A DNA stretch of 64,000 nucleotides from Amoebophrya sp. A120 (taxonomy: Eukaryota > Protista > Dinoflagellata). Made by a program: the position numbers and the translations under genes. Under the pieces are notes generated by a model. That model ran no database searches. It saw only the letters and a program-made list of their open reading frames with translations, and was not told the DNA's origin. This document shows positions 35,291 through 49,600 of the stretch, piece by piece; the first letter of the stretch is position 1, and the number at the start of each line of letters is the position of its first letter. The stretch lies in NCBI GenBank assembly GCA_905178155.1, contig CAJINV010000003.1, forward strand, positions 11,929,426 to 11,993,425. Reading direction: 5' to 3'.

Positions 35291-37832
35291 CCGTGGCGGA
35301 GGTCATGCTCGCGCGTGACGGCTGCTCTTGTTCCCTCATTTGTCCCGATGCCCTCTCACTTGCTTGAAGGCTGAAGCTGAAGAGGCCGCAGGCGCTGAAG
35401 AGTGCGCGAAGCAGCTTCTATTTGCGGCGTGCTTGTTTTCTGTTGATTTCTTCTGTAGTGTGCACTTTTTTAGTACTGGGCAAGTGGCTTTGTAGCCTCA
35501 ACTGCTCCATTACGTTCGCGTCTGTTGTGCGGGTGGTGGTGAAGATCGATTTGGTTGTGGTTGGGTTGCCTATCAATCTACAAGTGCCGCATGCTTTCTT
35601 GTGGGGGTAGAGGTTTTTCAAGTTCGATTCCGGTCCATCGTGCTACGAGTGCGCCACCTCGTCTCCAAGTGACGCCTAAACGGATTATCCAAGCAAAAAC
35701 ATTGCCAAAGCCAGACCGCCGCCCCTCTTCAACATTTGCGCACCACATGAACGTATTTTGGCCTACGAATATGTATAGGATGGTTTTCGGATTGAGTATG
35801 CCTACCTCGCTGGCGCGGTGATTCTTGCAGCAAAGATAACGAAAGCTTCAGTTTCATATTGACGTAACAGCTCGTAGTGTTGCCTTGCGCATCCCAACGT
35901 TGGCAGCTGTATGCATTGTATGTGAAGGGCCTCCTACGCATTTTGTTGGATTTCTGGGAAGTCGATCACATGATGATCAAAAATAGAACGTGGTTAAAGA
36001 GGCGCCATTATTTTGTGAACAAGTGCGGGCAGCCACGACGCTCTAGCCCCCTCACATCGTTGATTGCGTTCTGACTTCTGCTCAAACTGCGTGAGGAACT
36101 GACAACCGTTTGTGTTTGTATTTGTGTGTGTGTGGCTGTGCGCGGTATGGGATCGGGTGATTTTCCAAAGTCGAATCGTTTGGAGCCAGTCAACATCATG
36201 AAGCATGTCGTGGATCCTCTGACTCGCAAGTGGAGCCAGGTGATACGTCAACAAGTGATACCAACGTTCATCAATCACCAGCCCAGTCCCGGAAACGTAA
36301 ACCAGCGCGGTTTTCCCGGAGAAGTTGACCACATATCTATATTCGAAAAAGTAGTTCCGGCGTACTTCCCGTTATTCATACATGGAGTCGGAAAATACCT
36401 GATCCAGACGCTTCGGAATGTTGACAGAAGTTCGGGAGGTGATGGAGATTGGAATCCGAATCTTCACGTCATGTATCCAGACGCCCAGCTAGATGTCAAA
36501 CCTTTTATCCCACCACATGGCAGAACGATAACGATTAGCAAAGAGCGTGTTATGTTCCGGTCAACAAGAAGATAGCAAAATCTTGAAAATCTAAAAAGAC
36601 AAGAACTGATCTGGGATTTCTTTGCAATCGGCAGCCACAGCTGATGCGGAACCAGTGATCGCCTTTGAATTTGATGGGGCGGAACCCTTTCTAAACCTCG
36701 GGGCAGGTATAGTTAAGCACAACGCCGCAGGCTAAGCTAGAAAAAGTTGATCTTGCTGTTGCAAAGCCCTTGCTTTTTATACTCCGCCCAAGGCAACGGC
36801 GAGGGCGATAGGGTTTACAAAAAGGGGTCCGGCCGGGTATGCTTACGGTTCTGATTATTCCGACCCTGCCGAAGGCGGTTTTTTTTCGCTTAGCCTGTGC
36901 GCTGCTGCGCGCAGTGCGAAGGCCCTACACGGAGGGACGATCTCCATATCCAGGGAGCTGCCAGGAGTCTAACTACTTTTTACTGCTCCAGACCGGGTTG
37001 GTCATTTGCATTTAGGCCTCTGCACCAGCACCCGCCGCCGCCGCTGCCTAGCTGCCTAGGAGTACACTTCTTGTAGAGGCAGTCCAAAATTTACGTGCAT
37101 CGGTGTGCGAAGTCGCGCCATGAATTCGAAAGCAAGACACGGAACTCAGGATCCCGGCTTCGCTTGATCCTTGCGTTTTGATTTCTGCTCGGCTTTGGGC
37201 GTTCTTGGAAAGATATAAAGGTCCAGCGGGCGCATGCTAAACGAAAACAGAAGGGAGAACGATGTTGCGAAGACGGCAAGAGCAGGAGACGCCAAAGCAA
37301 TCCTTCTATCCCGCTTTTATGACTTCTATATCCCTTTTGTAAAGTAATTTCTATAAAAAAATAAAGATATTATCGCGCGCGCGCGCCAGCATGGTTCATT
37401 TTGTTAGAACTACAGGCCAGCTTGTTGTTATCTCCGAACCGCAGTAGAGCGGGGTAAGAGGGTGTTTTGCTTACTTCGGCATCATCAAACTAGTCGCGAG
37501 CCAACGGACGGCCACCAGTGAAAATGGGCGAGGAGCGGCCCGTGAGAGGCGCTTGCGGGCGCATGCATTTTGGGAGGAGTTCAATTGATACTTGCTCGTC
37601 GGGAATCTCAAAGAGAAGCATGGCAATGTCGTGCTCACCAATAGAAAAGGGTCGGCGCGCGCTTCTTTCCAAGATTCCTAAAGCCATGCCGACGCCGCAA
37701 GTTAAGCTAAATACCCTGAGCACCTCGGCCTAGCAGGGTAGAGATGCAGGGCCCGCGGCCCGTTTGCGCTCTTCGAACTCGTCGCGGCACCGAAGAGTTG
37801 CCCAGCTTCCCTTCGCAGTGATATTTGCATGA

Positions 37833-39400
37833 GTGCAGTTTTGTTTCTTCGCTGTGTTTGTTCTATTCTCGGTCTTGTTGTCTTCGTTGGCCGGAATACA
37901 AGTGGACGGAACTACGCAAATAAAGGAGACTTTTACGACGCATCTCCATCTCCTCGAGGGCGAGGGAAACCGCAACAAAGTCGCCAACAGCGTAGCTGCG
38001 ATCGACCGGGCCCCGCCCTTCGATGTGCCGAGTCAGAATCTTCTGATCGGTACGTGGTACAGCAACTGGCGGTTTATTGGGGGGGTTTGGTACTACTCCG
38101 CTAAGGTGGATGCAGCGAACGTCTCCGACCCACCGCTTTACCCATGTGCTTTTGATATGGCTAAACGGGCCTCGTACAGTATCCAGAAAAAAATGACGTG
38201 GGCGTAGGCGGTATGGAAAGCAGCTCGGGTGCCGATAGCGAGGCTTTCAGAATACTTTAGATCTGCCACGATTTCTGGGCGTTTTTTGCCTTGCAATTTG
38301 CAGCGCTTTTGATCCAATACCCCGGCACTGTTCGGCCTCACGCATTTACAGTGTCAGGGCTCTCCGAACTGCTCCAGCGCATCGCGCTTGGCCGGCGCCT
38401 TCCTCGATTTTGCAAGATGTAGAGGGCCTGTAATGGTGCCGCGGGCTTGCGTTTGATTTGAAAGTTTTCTTTTTGGTTTTGCTTTTGCCCGTCGAAAAGA
38501 TTAGCTCCTTGACCTTCCGGAACGCCCGCGCCCACAGAAATTTTTTACTCAATACGGAGGCGGGCTGAGGACGTATTTCAGGCGGCTCGAAGCACCACAA
38601 AGCAAATTGCTCAAACGTTTGCCAGCAGCAGCACGCCGAGGGAACCGAACCGGGGCAAAAGAGAAGTCCCGCCGATGGGGGTAAAGCCGCCAGAGCTGGC
38701 AGGAGAACCCGATCCCTTGTTGCTGGACCTCATGAAGGCTTATCGGAATTCCTTCACTGATCAAGAACAGTCTGAAAAGATCCTAGAAGAACAAAAGTAT
38801 TATCCCGTCTTTCCAATGTTGTCGCGCCATTCGTCTGACAACCTCAAGGACTTGAAAGGAAGGATGCCCGCGATCAGTCCGGCAAGGCTTGTTGAATCCC
38901 TCCAGACGGTTGCCAACGCAAGGAACGGCCCTGCCGGTGAGCTGAAGCTCGAGGCAATGTGGGTAGACGGGCCAAGCTTTCAAAGCAAAGTGCATCCAAT
39001 CCTTACACAGGTGGTCCGGGATATATTTTCGGACGCTTTGCTCTTCCTTGCTTGTAGCATCGACGGGGTTGAGGAGGCAGAATGTTCGAGGAAAACAAGG
39101 ATGGTGTACGATCTCAGTCAGAAATATGCCGATAACCGCAAGCGCTTTCAAAACATCATCCACAGCCGTGTGCAGTCAGGGACAAGGGACGAAACCATTG
39201 TACGCCTTATTGAGATGGAGTTGCAAATCACGAAGAGGTTGGCTCACCACCACGCTGTCGAGTGGCAATCAATCAACCAACCCCAGCCGGATGCTCTTTA
39301 TCCGCTGCAGACATGCTCGGTGGATCTGGATTCTCCTGCGAGGCGCGCTGCGGGTGTGTGTCTCGCAAGGCGTCTCATGTTCTTGCTCGCAGTAGGGTAG
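37833..39400 (+). pseudogene. Coding-like fragments (signal-peptide-like ORF 37833-38207; 241-aa ORF 38675-39400), unidentified gene or pseudogene
   Basis: The ORFs read like protein but no motif was recognised and no splice junction was resolved. Confidence 0.3.
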
Positions 39401-39599
39401 TTAAGCTGTGGCCGGCGAACCAACTATCGCTAGGCGCCGTGCTCAGTGATAGTCAATTCGTGTGAGAAGTCGCTAGCCCGAGCAGTTAAAAATAGTATTT
39501 AGTGGGGCCACCGACACCGAGAGGCCTTAGACTGGGCTGGCAGTTTTTTTGCTATGTCGCGCCAAAAGCGGCCAGCAGTGTCAGACCCTGTAGAGCGTT

Positions 39600-40275
39600 C
39601 TTTCGGATTCGGACGAAGACAAAAAATCAACCGCGCCGGCCTGCTTGGCTTGCCGGGAAGGAGTCGCTCGCGGTGAGGAGGCTATCGCCCACCAACGTAC
39701 AAAACGGCGAACGATAGCGGGCCACCCAAGGCGGCCCCCTTCTGAGGCGCTGTCCGCGCCCGGTGCTTGCGATTTGCGGCGCCCGATAGAGCGCCCAAAA
39801 AAAGAACGCAGAAAAAGTCGGAACAGCCAAGCCGCCTGGCGCGGCTGCGGTTTTGGAGCTTTTGGGCGATCGCGCAAGCAGACGCCTCGCCAGCTTCTGT
39901 TGCTGGGAAGCTCTTGAAAAAGCGCCGCCTCGAAAAATGAAAACACAAAGAAGAAAAGGCGCCCCAGACTCATGAAGCCAGCCCACATGCCTTCGGCCCG
40001 GTTTCCTTTCGCCTTTTGGGCGCCCCCCCGCGGCGCCCGGGCCGCCCCCCTGGCGCCGGGGCTTTCTTCCGACTTGGAATGCCGGAAGCCTGCCAAAATG
40101 TGAGACGGCTTCCAATTGGCCGCCATTCCGTGTTGTGCCTCTGGTTGTAACGGCATGGCCGACGGGGCGGCGGGCCCGTAGCAAGGCCAGGAGCAAGCAA
40201 GGCCGCGGCCAGGGCGGCGGCAGGCAAGCGGCAGCGGTGCCATTATCGCTGCCCCGGCGGCTAAGCTATTTTTGG
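39600..40275. repeat. Further decayed copy of the GC-rich 32400-33010 / 34760-35290 segment
   Basis: Shared CCCTTCTGAGGCGC, GCGCCCAAAAA, GGGAAGCT and GCCCCGGCGGCTA...TTTTGG. Confidence 0.65.
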
Positions 40276-43200
40276 TAGCTTCAGGCCCCCGGTAAGACAG
40301 GGTGTAGTGGGACCGTTCTGCGTATTCGAAGCCTGAAACCAGCCGGCGCGCGAGTTGCCTCTCCTTTCCGTGCACGGACGCCGGCGCGGGACAGTGGCGG
40401 CAGGCAGCTCTCAGGCTGAGGCCCCGGCGCTTGGATTTTGGGAGCCTATGTCCCGCGAAGGGAGGCGCCCCGCTTCCTGAATCTGCGCCCGGCTGCGGTA
40501 GAAAGCACAGGCCACGGAGCGGGGTCGCGCTTCCTAGCCAAACTAGGAATTGCGCCGCTTCGACGTTTCCAGCCAGTCAGAGAAAGCTTTAGGAAGGTAG
40601 CCACGCCGCGGTCGCCCGCCCGGCCGTCCCTGATCTGGTAACGAAAGTGCGCGCACGGCGGGCGCGCTCTCAGGGGTGTGGCCCAGTTTGAGTGCTTTCC
40701 GCTGACACACCGGCGCCACTCGGCCGGAGCTATTTATGTGGCCGGTCGCAGTGCCGGTCATCTCTTCTTTTTCGGCCGGCCGCCCCTTGTTTTTCTTTTC
40801 TTAGGCTGTCTTTCTTCGCGAGGAAGGAGGGGTGGCGGCAGATTCCTGTCGGAGGAATCGGGGGGGGGGCGAACCTTTTTCGGCGTTGCGCGATTCATTT
40901 GGCAACCAAGCCTCCGAAGGAGGAGCCGCACGGCCTTGGTTCGGGACCACACTGCTGGCGGCCGGCGGTGTTTGGTGGCGTAGGTACGTAGCCAGAACCA
41001 ACCCGCCGGCCGGCTGTCCAGGCGCGCGGCGGGGTTCGACACGAGATGGGAAAAAGGCCGCGAAATGTAGATGGGGCAGGGAATTCACCGAAAGCGCCCG
41101 AAGCCCGAAGGCCAACTAGAAGTAGGGGACGGTTTCTTTTGCTGAAAGCCCGCTTTTTCCACCGAGAAGAAGCCGCCGTTCCTCCCGAGAGAGAAGCCAG
41201 GAGGGGCTGTTTCATCTTGCGTAAGTCCTGGAAGGCGCAGCCCCCCCCCCCGCCGCGCGCGCCCTTTTCTGTGGGGCGAGGCGCGCGCACCGCCCGGAAT
41301 GGCGCTTTGCCCGGACGCTGCGAATGCCGGCGCTGGGAGTGCGGCCGATGATTGAATGTGTTGCGCGTCGCTGCCTGTATATCGCCCAGGCAGGGGGGGA
41401 CACGGTGGGGGCCTGGCCCGGGGCAGTGTCAAGCCCGGCGCCAGGCCGCGGCCAGCCATGCCGCCCTAGTGGCGCCGTGCCACCGATTCTCCACTATGCC
41501 CCTTTTAGTGCGCTCTCCCAAGGCCACGAGGTGTCTGGAGCGAGTGGATATAGGAGAATTCGTTCAGGTTGTTGAGACGCAGCCTCCGACGGCTGCCGCC
41601 CGTTTTGCGAACGTTTGGCCAGCCACCTTTGGCGGGGTCGGGGCCACGCCGAAAGCGAAACCACAACTACTGCTACCGGAGTCGAAGAAGCCCTGGGGCC
41701 AGCGGGTCACCTATGGGCCAGGGGGCTTATTGATCAATGAGCGCCGGGGCGGGCAAGGCGAAGGCGAAGAAAAGATCCTGCATTCGTGGACAACGTTAAC
41801 GCAGCGAAGACCGCCCGCCGTCCTCTCAGTATGGAGTTGGGGGATATTGTTCAAAGCTTGTGTTCATTTCTCGCATGGCCTCCTCCGAATGCTGCAGACC
41901 TTCGCATGCAGCTGCGACCTTAGCCTTGCAGGAACGATAGGCGCCCCGCGATGTGTTGCATTCCGGTGGCTAGGTATGTGCATAAGCGGTGCTGCCGGCG
42001 TCGCCAACACACAAATGGCAGCCGGCTATTTCTTATTGCTGCGCGCGTGCGCCCAGCAGATTTCTGCTTTTGATATCACATCCGCGGAGGCGCCGCTGCG
42101 CCAGACCTTTGCATTCGCACCATACAGAGGGCTGCCGGGCGGTTTTCCACTCGGTAAGGCAAGATGACCCGTGGGGAGGTGAAGGCGCTAACTATCGCCC
42201 AAGAGCTGATCGGGTTCGGAAACGGGCTCAACTACCAAATGGTCGAAGTATGAGGGGCGCTCGCATAGATACCCACTGCCCGCGTGAATTTTTACAAAAT
42301 GCATTGCGCACGCACGCGGATTCTGGCCGCTTCCTGGAACGGGACTAGTCTGGGGCTGGGGCGGGGGCGTGGTATGTCGGTTTTTTTTACTAAAATGGCG
42401 CAATGGATGGAGGAGAACAGCCCTCGTTCTTCCTTTTTTCGGGGAAGGGTAACCGGCAGTGGGGCCATACAGAGTAGGCTGCCCACGCCCGTTTGCAGTG
42501 AAGCTGCCGTGGTGTCGATCTGGATGTAAACAAAGTGCGCCACTGGGGGCAAAATATTACAGAAATGCGGCGCGCCCCTTTTGGATTGCGATTCGACTTT
42601 GGAAAATTTGCGTGGTCGCGGGCGCGCGGCTGATTGGTTTTGCGGGCATCGGCGCGACGGGAGCCCCAGCCATTAATCCGGCTAGGGCCCCCGGCTATTC
42701 TTTCAAGTTGCTAGCTTGCCGTCGTGTACGAGCAGGAATACCCAAGAAAACCGCACCGCCGAGTACAACATGCGGGAGCAGCAATATCCAAGAAAAAAGC
42801 GCCATCGCGCCTGCATTGCTTCAAGTTTTTTTTGCGCCAGAAATTTGTCTGGCGTGACAAATTGTCCGTGTCTTGCGAAAGCACTTACATGGGGAAGCTG
42901 TGCGCAAATCCTGGCTGTGAAGATGCATAAAAAGAATTTTGATACTCTTAGTGCAAAAATGCTCAAAAGTGGTTGCGATGGCCTATTTTTCTTGGAGGAG
43001 CAGCCACGAAGAGAGGCGGGCCGGCTATGCAGCCGGATGTGGCATTCTCCGTTCTTTCTAGTGCTGGGGGCGCTTGGGATTGTGGCCGGCCACTGCTTGT
43101 TTGGCTTGGTTGATATCAGTGCCTTCGTCAGTAGATCCGACTCCCTTCCTGAGCGCACAAAAAGCGTCGCCCCTGTTTGCTACATGGCGCAACTGATGGC

Positions 43201-46200
43201 ACGGCCGTTGCTATGGTGATGGCCGCGCCTCCTGTTTTTTTCAATCGCGGGCTCCATGCCGGTGTGGTGAGGCTGTCTGGTGGCCGGCGGTGCGCGGGTT
43301 GCGTTGAAGCCCCATGTCTGGCCGGCTTCAGACAGAGAATTTCACAGGTTGCCCTGATGTCGTGTCTTTGACCGGCGCGCCCCCTTAGCTCAGGTAGGCA
43401 CTTTATTACAATTTGCGGTTTCGCGGGACGCGGCCGTGGGCGCGAAGGGGGGCACCGGAGGTTACTTCGATCTCTTGGGAGGGACGGCACGCAGCTGCGG
43501 CACACTTGACGACGACTGGCTGTATCAATTAGACTGCTGGGCGCGGAGATAGGGTTGCTCTTGCTCTTGCTGGTCGAGATGGGCGTAGCTGCTAAAACAA
43601 CCGTACCGTGTGCAGAGATAGGGCGCTTGCCGGGTATTGTGGGTTTTTTCATATCATACCGAAACCCATTCGCATCTTTTCAGTTCAATTGCCAAACCCA
43701 CGCCCGGCATACCCTTCACCTGGCGATCGGTGAAGATCTTGCGGTTGGAGACTCACGCGACTTCGCCTGGCTAGTATGCATTGTGAAAAGCGCGGCATCT
43801 TGCTTTCGGCGGCTGCCGATCTGCATACATTTATATGGACGCCAACACATTTGCGCAGCCGCGCGGAAGCACCCACTGAGCAACGCCTTTTTGGCATCGA
43901 GGCCCGCAGTTCTGCGCAGTCTGTCCCAGACTGCGCGAGCGTGCTTCGTTTTTATTGGCTTTGCAAAAGGTGTTTGCGCCTTCGGGCCTGCGTTGTTGCA
44001 GAAATATCGCAAAACCTGATGTCTAGCTTTTCCCAGATGATATCAGAAAATTCGCTCTCGCGAGGTATTCGAGGACGAGGCTTAATTGCGCAGCACCTTC
44101 TGTCACGGCGCGGCTGGAAGAACTAGAAGGGATATGCCGAGCGGCCAGGGTTCCATGTGGTGCTCGCTGCCGGCCGATGTGCAGCAGCCCTATCGTCCAA
44201 CCCCAAGTAAATAGCTGCGCGCGCAAGTACATCAAGAAGCCTTGCACTTTCCAAATTCCGTGTTTAGAGTGCCGCAACCATGGACTCCAGGCACTCTTGT
44301 AGATTTTTTGAAGACTACAGCAGAAGAAGAGCTGCGGATGCACACTCTGGACTGGTATGACTAACAGGTTCGTCCTTTTGAACTCTCTACTGTGCAACGT
44401 CATCATCATTAGTATGGACGTAGCTGGCACGACAATAAACTAGCACATTTATAGTTTTTTACATATTTATCGATAGATGAAGACTTTTCAAATACCTAGT
44501 GGCGCGCTTCTGTCCAATGAGGCAGGCGTGGGCGCCATCATGCCGGCCATACGATTGTGCTTTGACTCCTCCACATTAAAATAGTAGTGCGTAGCAAAGT
44601 TTGTAGTTTAGATGCTGATGATCGTGTTACTAGATATCATCGAGTTATTTTTGTCAATTTTTGAATAGAGTTTGTAGAATTGTTTTTGCTACCTTGTGCT
44701 CATCATGATAAAGCTCGCCACAATCTTAATCACGGAGTAAATGCGATTTGACGAACACGTTTGCAATCTCAGCCAGTAACGAAGCTGACCGTGACGAACC
44801 CCACTCGACTGCGGCAGGTGTAGCGCATAGCTGCAATAGCAAGTGGCTCATTCCCATGCGCTCACCATCAGCGTCTCGTTTGCTACTTCTCATGAAGATC
44901 AATAAGTAGATGAAACAAAGTGGAACCATGGAAGTGGATGATCGTCGTAGCCGGATGAAGTGCCTTCGCGTGGAAGAAGTTGGCATATCCCTTGAGCAGC
45001 CGCTGTGTTGGTTTCTGGAAGGTGGAATCATGGCCATACACGGGAACGCCTTCTCCTCCCGCGAATGCATTTTTTCGGTTGTTCATGGCGCTTTGGCTTT
45101 GGGATAGAAGCGCAAACTCTAGTGCAGATGGCTTTCCTTTAATCTTCGTCCCTTCGCGCAGCCAAAAAATTTGGAACTGCTCCTTCTATTTTTGCCACCG
45201 GAGTGTAGTTTTTTTGCAAATTCTATTAAGATGTACCAAGCTCTATTGGAGGGGTCGGGCGAGCGCCCACAAAAGTTGATGAAACAAAGTGTCACAGAGT
45301 GCTATGGGGGCAAAGCGCATTTTGCCCCATTGTGAGTTCATCAGCGTAGTATTTTTGAATCTTGTCTCTATGTGATGAATACTATGCACTCGTCTGCTAT
45401 CTTACGTGAAACACCAAGTCTCAACAAGTGAGTGTCCGCGTGAGTTCGATATGAAAGAACAGTGCTGATTTTGTCGTTGTCGGCTTACACTTTTTCCGAA
45501 AAGACAGAACTCGGGCATTTTTGTCGAGTAGTTGACTCCAGGTTTTATCATCGGTCGAGCGATGCTACATGTTTTGTGATTGTGATGCATCGGTTAGCCT
45601 CGGTCTGTACGTATACGGAAGCGCCGGTTATTTCTTATTTTTTGCTCGGAAGCCAAAGCCTATCCAAACCGCGTTGGCAGAGAGGAGCGACCAGAAAAAA
45701 AGAGCGACGCGGATATAGACCTAGGTTGCCTTGTCCCATGTGGCACGAATGCGAGTAGATGTCTTCCTTGTTTAATATGCATCCCTCCTGGCTATGGAAG
45801 TCATGATGCATTGGATGCGTTACGGCAAAGCAGGTCCCTTCCCACTGTTGTCATTTTTTCCATCGTTCTTGTTCGCCCCCATGTCATTTATTGTGATTTA
45901 GGGCGCCGGGCATTAGAGCAGTATTCGTGTGATTATTTTCCTCAATTTTTCGCTGCATAAGCATATCTTTGTCCTCGTGCCTTGCTTAGCAAATATGTGT
46001 GTCAAAGGATGGCATTGTCTTCTTGATCATTCGGATTCGTAACGCTATCTTGCGTAGTCACCAGGGCACTCGTACAAGAGACAGCCCTTCTTGATTACAT
46101 GCCTTCGCGTTTCAATTTGATCCCTCGGACCATTTTCCCAGCGTCGCGGAGCAAAAAGGCCGAAGAAACAGTGGGGTGCTACGAAATATTTTGATCCTGC

Positions 46201-46601
46201 GGAGAATAAATCAGCAAATAAAAATATTCTTCATTCAAGCGAAGAGAAGACGGATCGCACCTGTCCGACCACAACCTTTTCTGCTACGGCGACGTGGTTT
46301 TTTTTCCGCCGCGCTGTTTCGGATATATAACGATAAGCGTAACAACAAGCACGCAAGTTATAGTCGAGAATCTCCCAGGAAAGGAGGATTGTCGTGTGCC
46401 CAGCAGAAAGACTATGTATTGCAAGAAAAGCATCGCTATCGTGCTAGTAGACATTGCATGACTGACAAACTTTTGCTTGAAGAACAAAAATGGAATTTGT
46501 CATGGAGATTTAGGTATTAGTCTAGACCTGTCATGCAAGATTGCGACTCCTTCTCCTACGAGCGCGATACTTTTACACTGCATAGAGACCGATCTTCAAG
46601 A

Positions 46602-49600
46602 ATGCCTCGCCCGACGGACAACGACAACTCAGGGGAAGCCCGTATGCAGGTCTCAAGTGGGAAGAGTTGCGCTTTCAAGATGAAAATGGTAATTGAAACG
46701 AAAATGAAAAATGTACATATGTACATTTTTCATTTTATGTACATTTTTCATTTTCGTTTCAATTACCATTTTCATCTACTGAACCTATGCAACTATCTAT
46801 TGAAGAAGAAAATGATCAGAGCAAGCTAACCGGGTGATCGTCATGGATACAGTTTTTGTGTCACCTTTTCGTTAAAAGCGAGCGAGAACTTTGATTGAAG
46901 ACCCATTTTGAAAAAGCTCGCAATTCTCAACTTGAGACCTGCATACTCGCCCGATCGAGAAAAACCGTGGTGCCGAAAATATGCCACGAAGAAAATGAGT
47001 CAACAAAATAAAAGCTTGCTCGCGAATTTGGTTTTATCTTTTTGTGCATCTGAGGACTATTTCTATCGCGTTCGCGATATGTTCGATTCTCATTCTGAGA
47101 TGCTTCTTGCGCTGTCGTTTGAGTGCAAAAAAGTGCATGATTCCTGTGGACTGGGTTTCGCGACCACGACGAGGACCACAAAGTATGCAGTTTTTAGACC
47201 GATGGGAGAAGTAGAGAAACGATGATAAAATATGTAGTCACGACTGCACCGTGAAAAGCAGCTATTGCAGCTTCATGCACCATTGTAGACTCAAAGTTCT
47301 GTGGTGATACAGGCGATTTGGGCTGAAATACGATCCCCCACAGGTCGTTCTGGAGTACCTGGACCCTGTATCACAGGAATAATGGTTAAGAGAAGCGCGA
47401 TCACCACAGTTTCAGGTGCATCACAGGTGTTGAAATATGCATCGCTTCCTTTCGTATGTGGATGGAAGTTTTTTGAACAAAGTTGAGGGCCAATGATATT
47501 CTCTCTTGGTGATCGTGCTTTTGAATGCCTTTCGACAGGATAGCGGAGCAGCGGAAAACTATTTCACCGCGTCATGGGACTCAGCAAGCTAAAGCCAGGT
47601 AAAAATCTGTCGCATTGCAGAAGACACCAGAAGAATTGTTGCATCCATTCGAAGTAGAAGAAGGCCACGACTCGGCCATGATCGCGGTGCGCATGCACAC
47701 GATACTGCAGAATTTAGATAAATCTCTTGCAGATTCTTATTTTTTTCTCGCGACGGTTGTTTGAAAGTAGAATATGACTTAATCGATTTCAAAAACTACA
47801 GATACCGACCCGGTAAAAGTCGCTTTGAAGCTGAAAGAGAAAAACGAAGAGTACCTCAGCGACGACAAGGTGGCAATAGAACAGCTGGTACTATGTTTTT
47901 CTCTTCCACACTGAATGTTAAAAAGTAACTTCTTCAAAGTTACCGTTCTGCTTCCGCAAGCGTCTATTTCCGTTTGTATATATACGGAATCTACAGAGTA
48001 GGACCGTTATGCCGTGTGCTTTTCGTGCTGTAGCACGAGCAGCAGCTGTGCAGTGTCAAAAACGTCGCTCATACGAAGATCAATACGACCCAATCTAAAC
48101 ATTCGTAAAAACGCGCTTCAGGTGTCGCTGATAACCAAGTTGCAGGCGAAGCGCAAGCAGCAGCAGCAGCCGCACGCCGCAACCGAGGACGCCACAACAG
48201 CGGAGTCCACGTTAAACCTAGGACGGACAAGGAGCGAAAGCAGTTATCTGTCGCAAGTGATGTATCTTCAGAGTCAGATGGTGATGAAATTTTCGTTCGT
48301 CCACCACCTGGTGAGGTGTTGTGGTTTTCTTGGACGGAGGTTGAAACTTGCATTTGAAAGTGTTTATTTGCCACTCCGCAGGGGCTAGTAGTTTAGCGCT
48401 TTGCAACAGGGTCTTGCAGATGCAACCGCGGTCACTGCTTACTCGTACACCCATGTACTATCGATATGCAGTACCAGAAATTCAATCCCTGCTGACTCTG
48501 ACGTGTTTGCAGTGCATACCAGTTCAGTAATGCCGATTTCTGAGGACCCCGCGATCGTGCCGCCTCTGACTATGCAATTATGAAAAAGCTGTGATATTTT
48601 TACAGGACGATGCAATAGATAAGTCGGTCGCAGCAGAATATGCAACACACATTTGGCGGTTTCGGTGTGTGTAGCAGAGCCGGGCTATTCTTGTGTAATT
48701 TTTTCTTGCGTGAACAACGTGAAGCTTGTTCTAAATACCGCTTCACTCACGACCACTTCTGGGTGGGCAACAAGTAAGACGACTTTTTTTCGTTTCTTGC
48801 ATGCTCCTGCTGCTTGTGCTCGACCTCGAGAACTTCATCCGTCACTAGAATATACGTATTAAAGTGCGTCCACGTTATTTATAGCACACACTTTTTCTCT
48901 TCCATACTGACCTCCAGTAATTTGAAAGCGCTGAACGACAAGTCCAAGGAGCGCACCATATCGAAAGGAAAAATCCCCCTTCCCCATATCGAAAAGGAAA
49001 TCTGTGATGCTGGATTTGCGTACACAAATCAGATTTGTCTTGCAGTAGAGGACTGCACGCAGTTCGCCAGCCGAGATAGGGGCCTCTTGGTGTAGGCGCC
49101 TAGCATGGTAGACGGCTGTCGTGTAGTCCTTACAGCATTACAAATCGCCTGCATAGTGTGGCAGAGAGCCTGGGCGTGTCTTCTCGCAAGACAGACAGAA
49201 TTTGTGGCCACAAATCTGCGTCACAAATATGCAGAAGATACGTTGTCAATATGGGGAGGGGGGATTTTTCCTTGCAATACACCAAGGAGTTTCTGAACGA
49301 CCTGCCACCACTCGAGCAGCTAGACCACGCGCACCTCTCGAGCAGTTCGTTCGACCGCGACAACCGGGACGCGCAGCGCACGACAGGCGCCGGTACAACT
49401 AGCAACCGACAAATCTCGGGGGGGCAGCTGCGGGGAACCTCCAACGCGGTCCCAAGTGGATCATCTGCGCCGAGACCAAACGCCGGCGGCACCGCGCGGT
49501 CGCCCGAGCACCAGCAGCGCGCGGTTTCCTCGGCGAAGCAGCAGAGTATGTCTCGAGAAAAATTCTCCTCCTAGCGAAGCATACAGTAAAGTATAAATCC

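Noticed and set aside
39500-44100. Many overlapping 100-270 aa ORFs
   Set aside because: They are expected by chance in GC-rich decayed repeats, and show no motifs or consistent codon bias.
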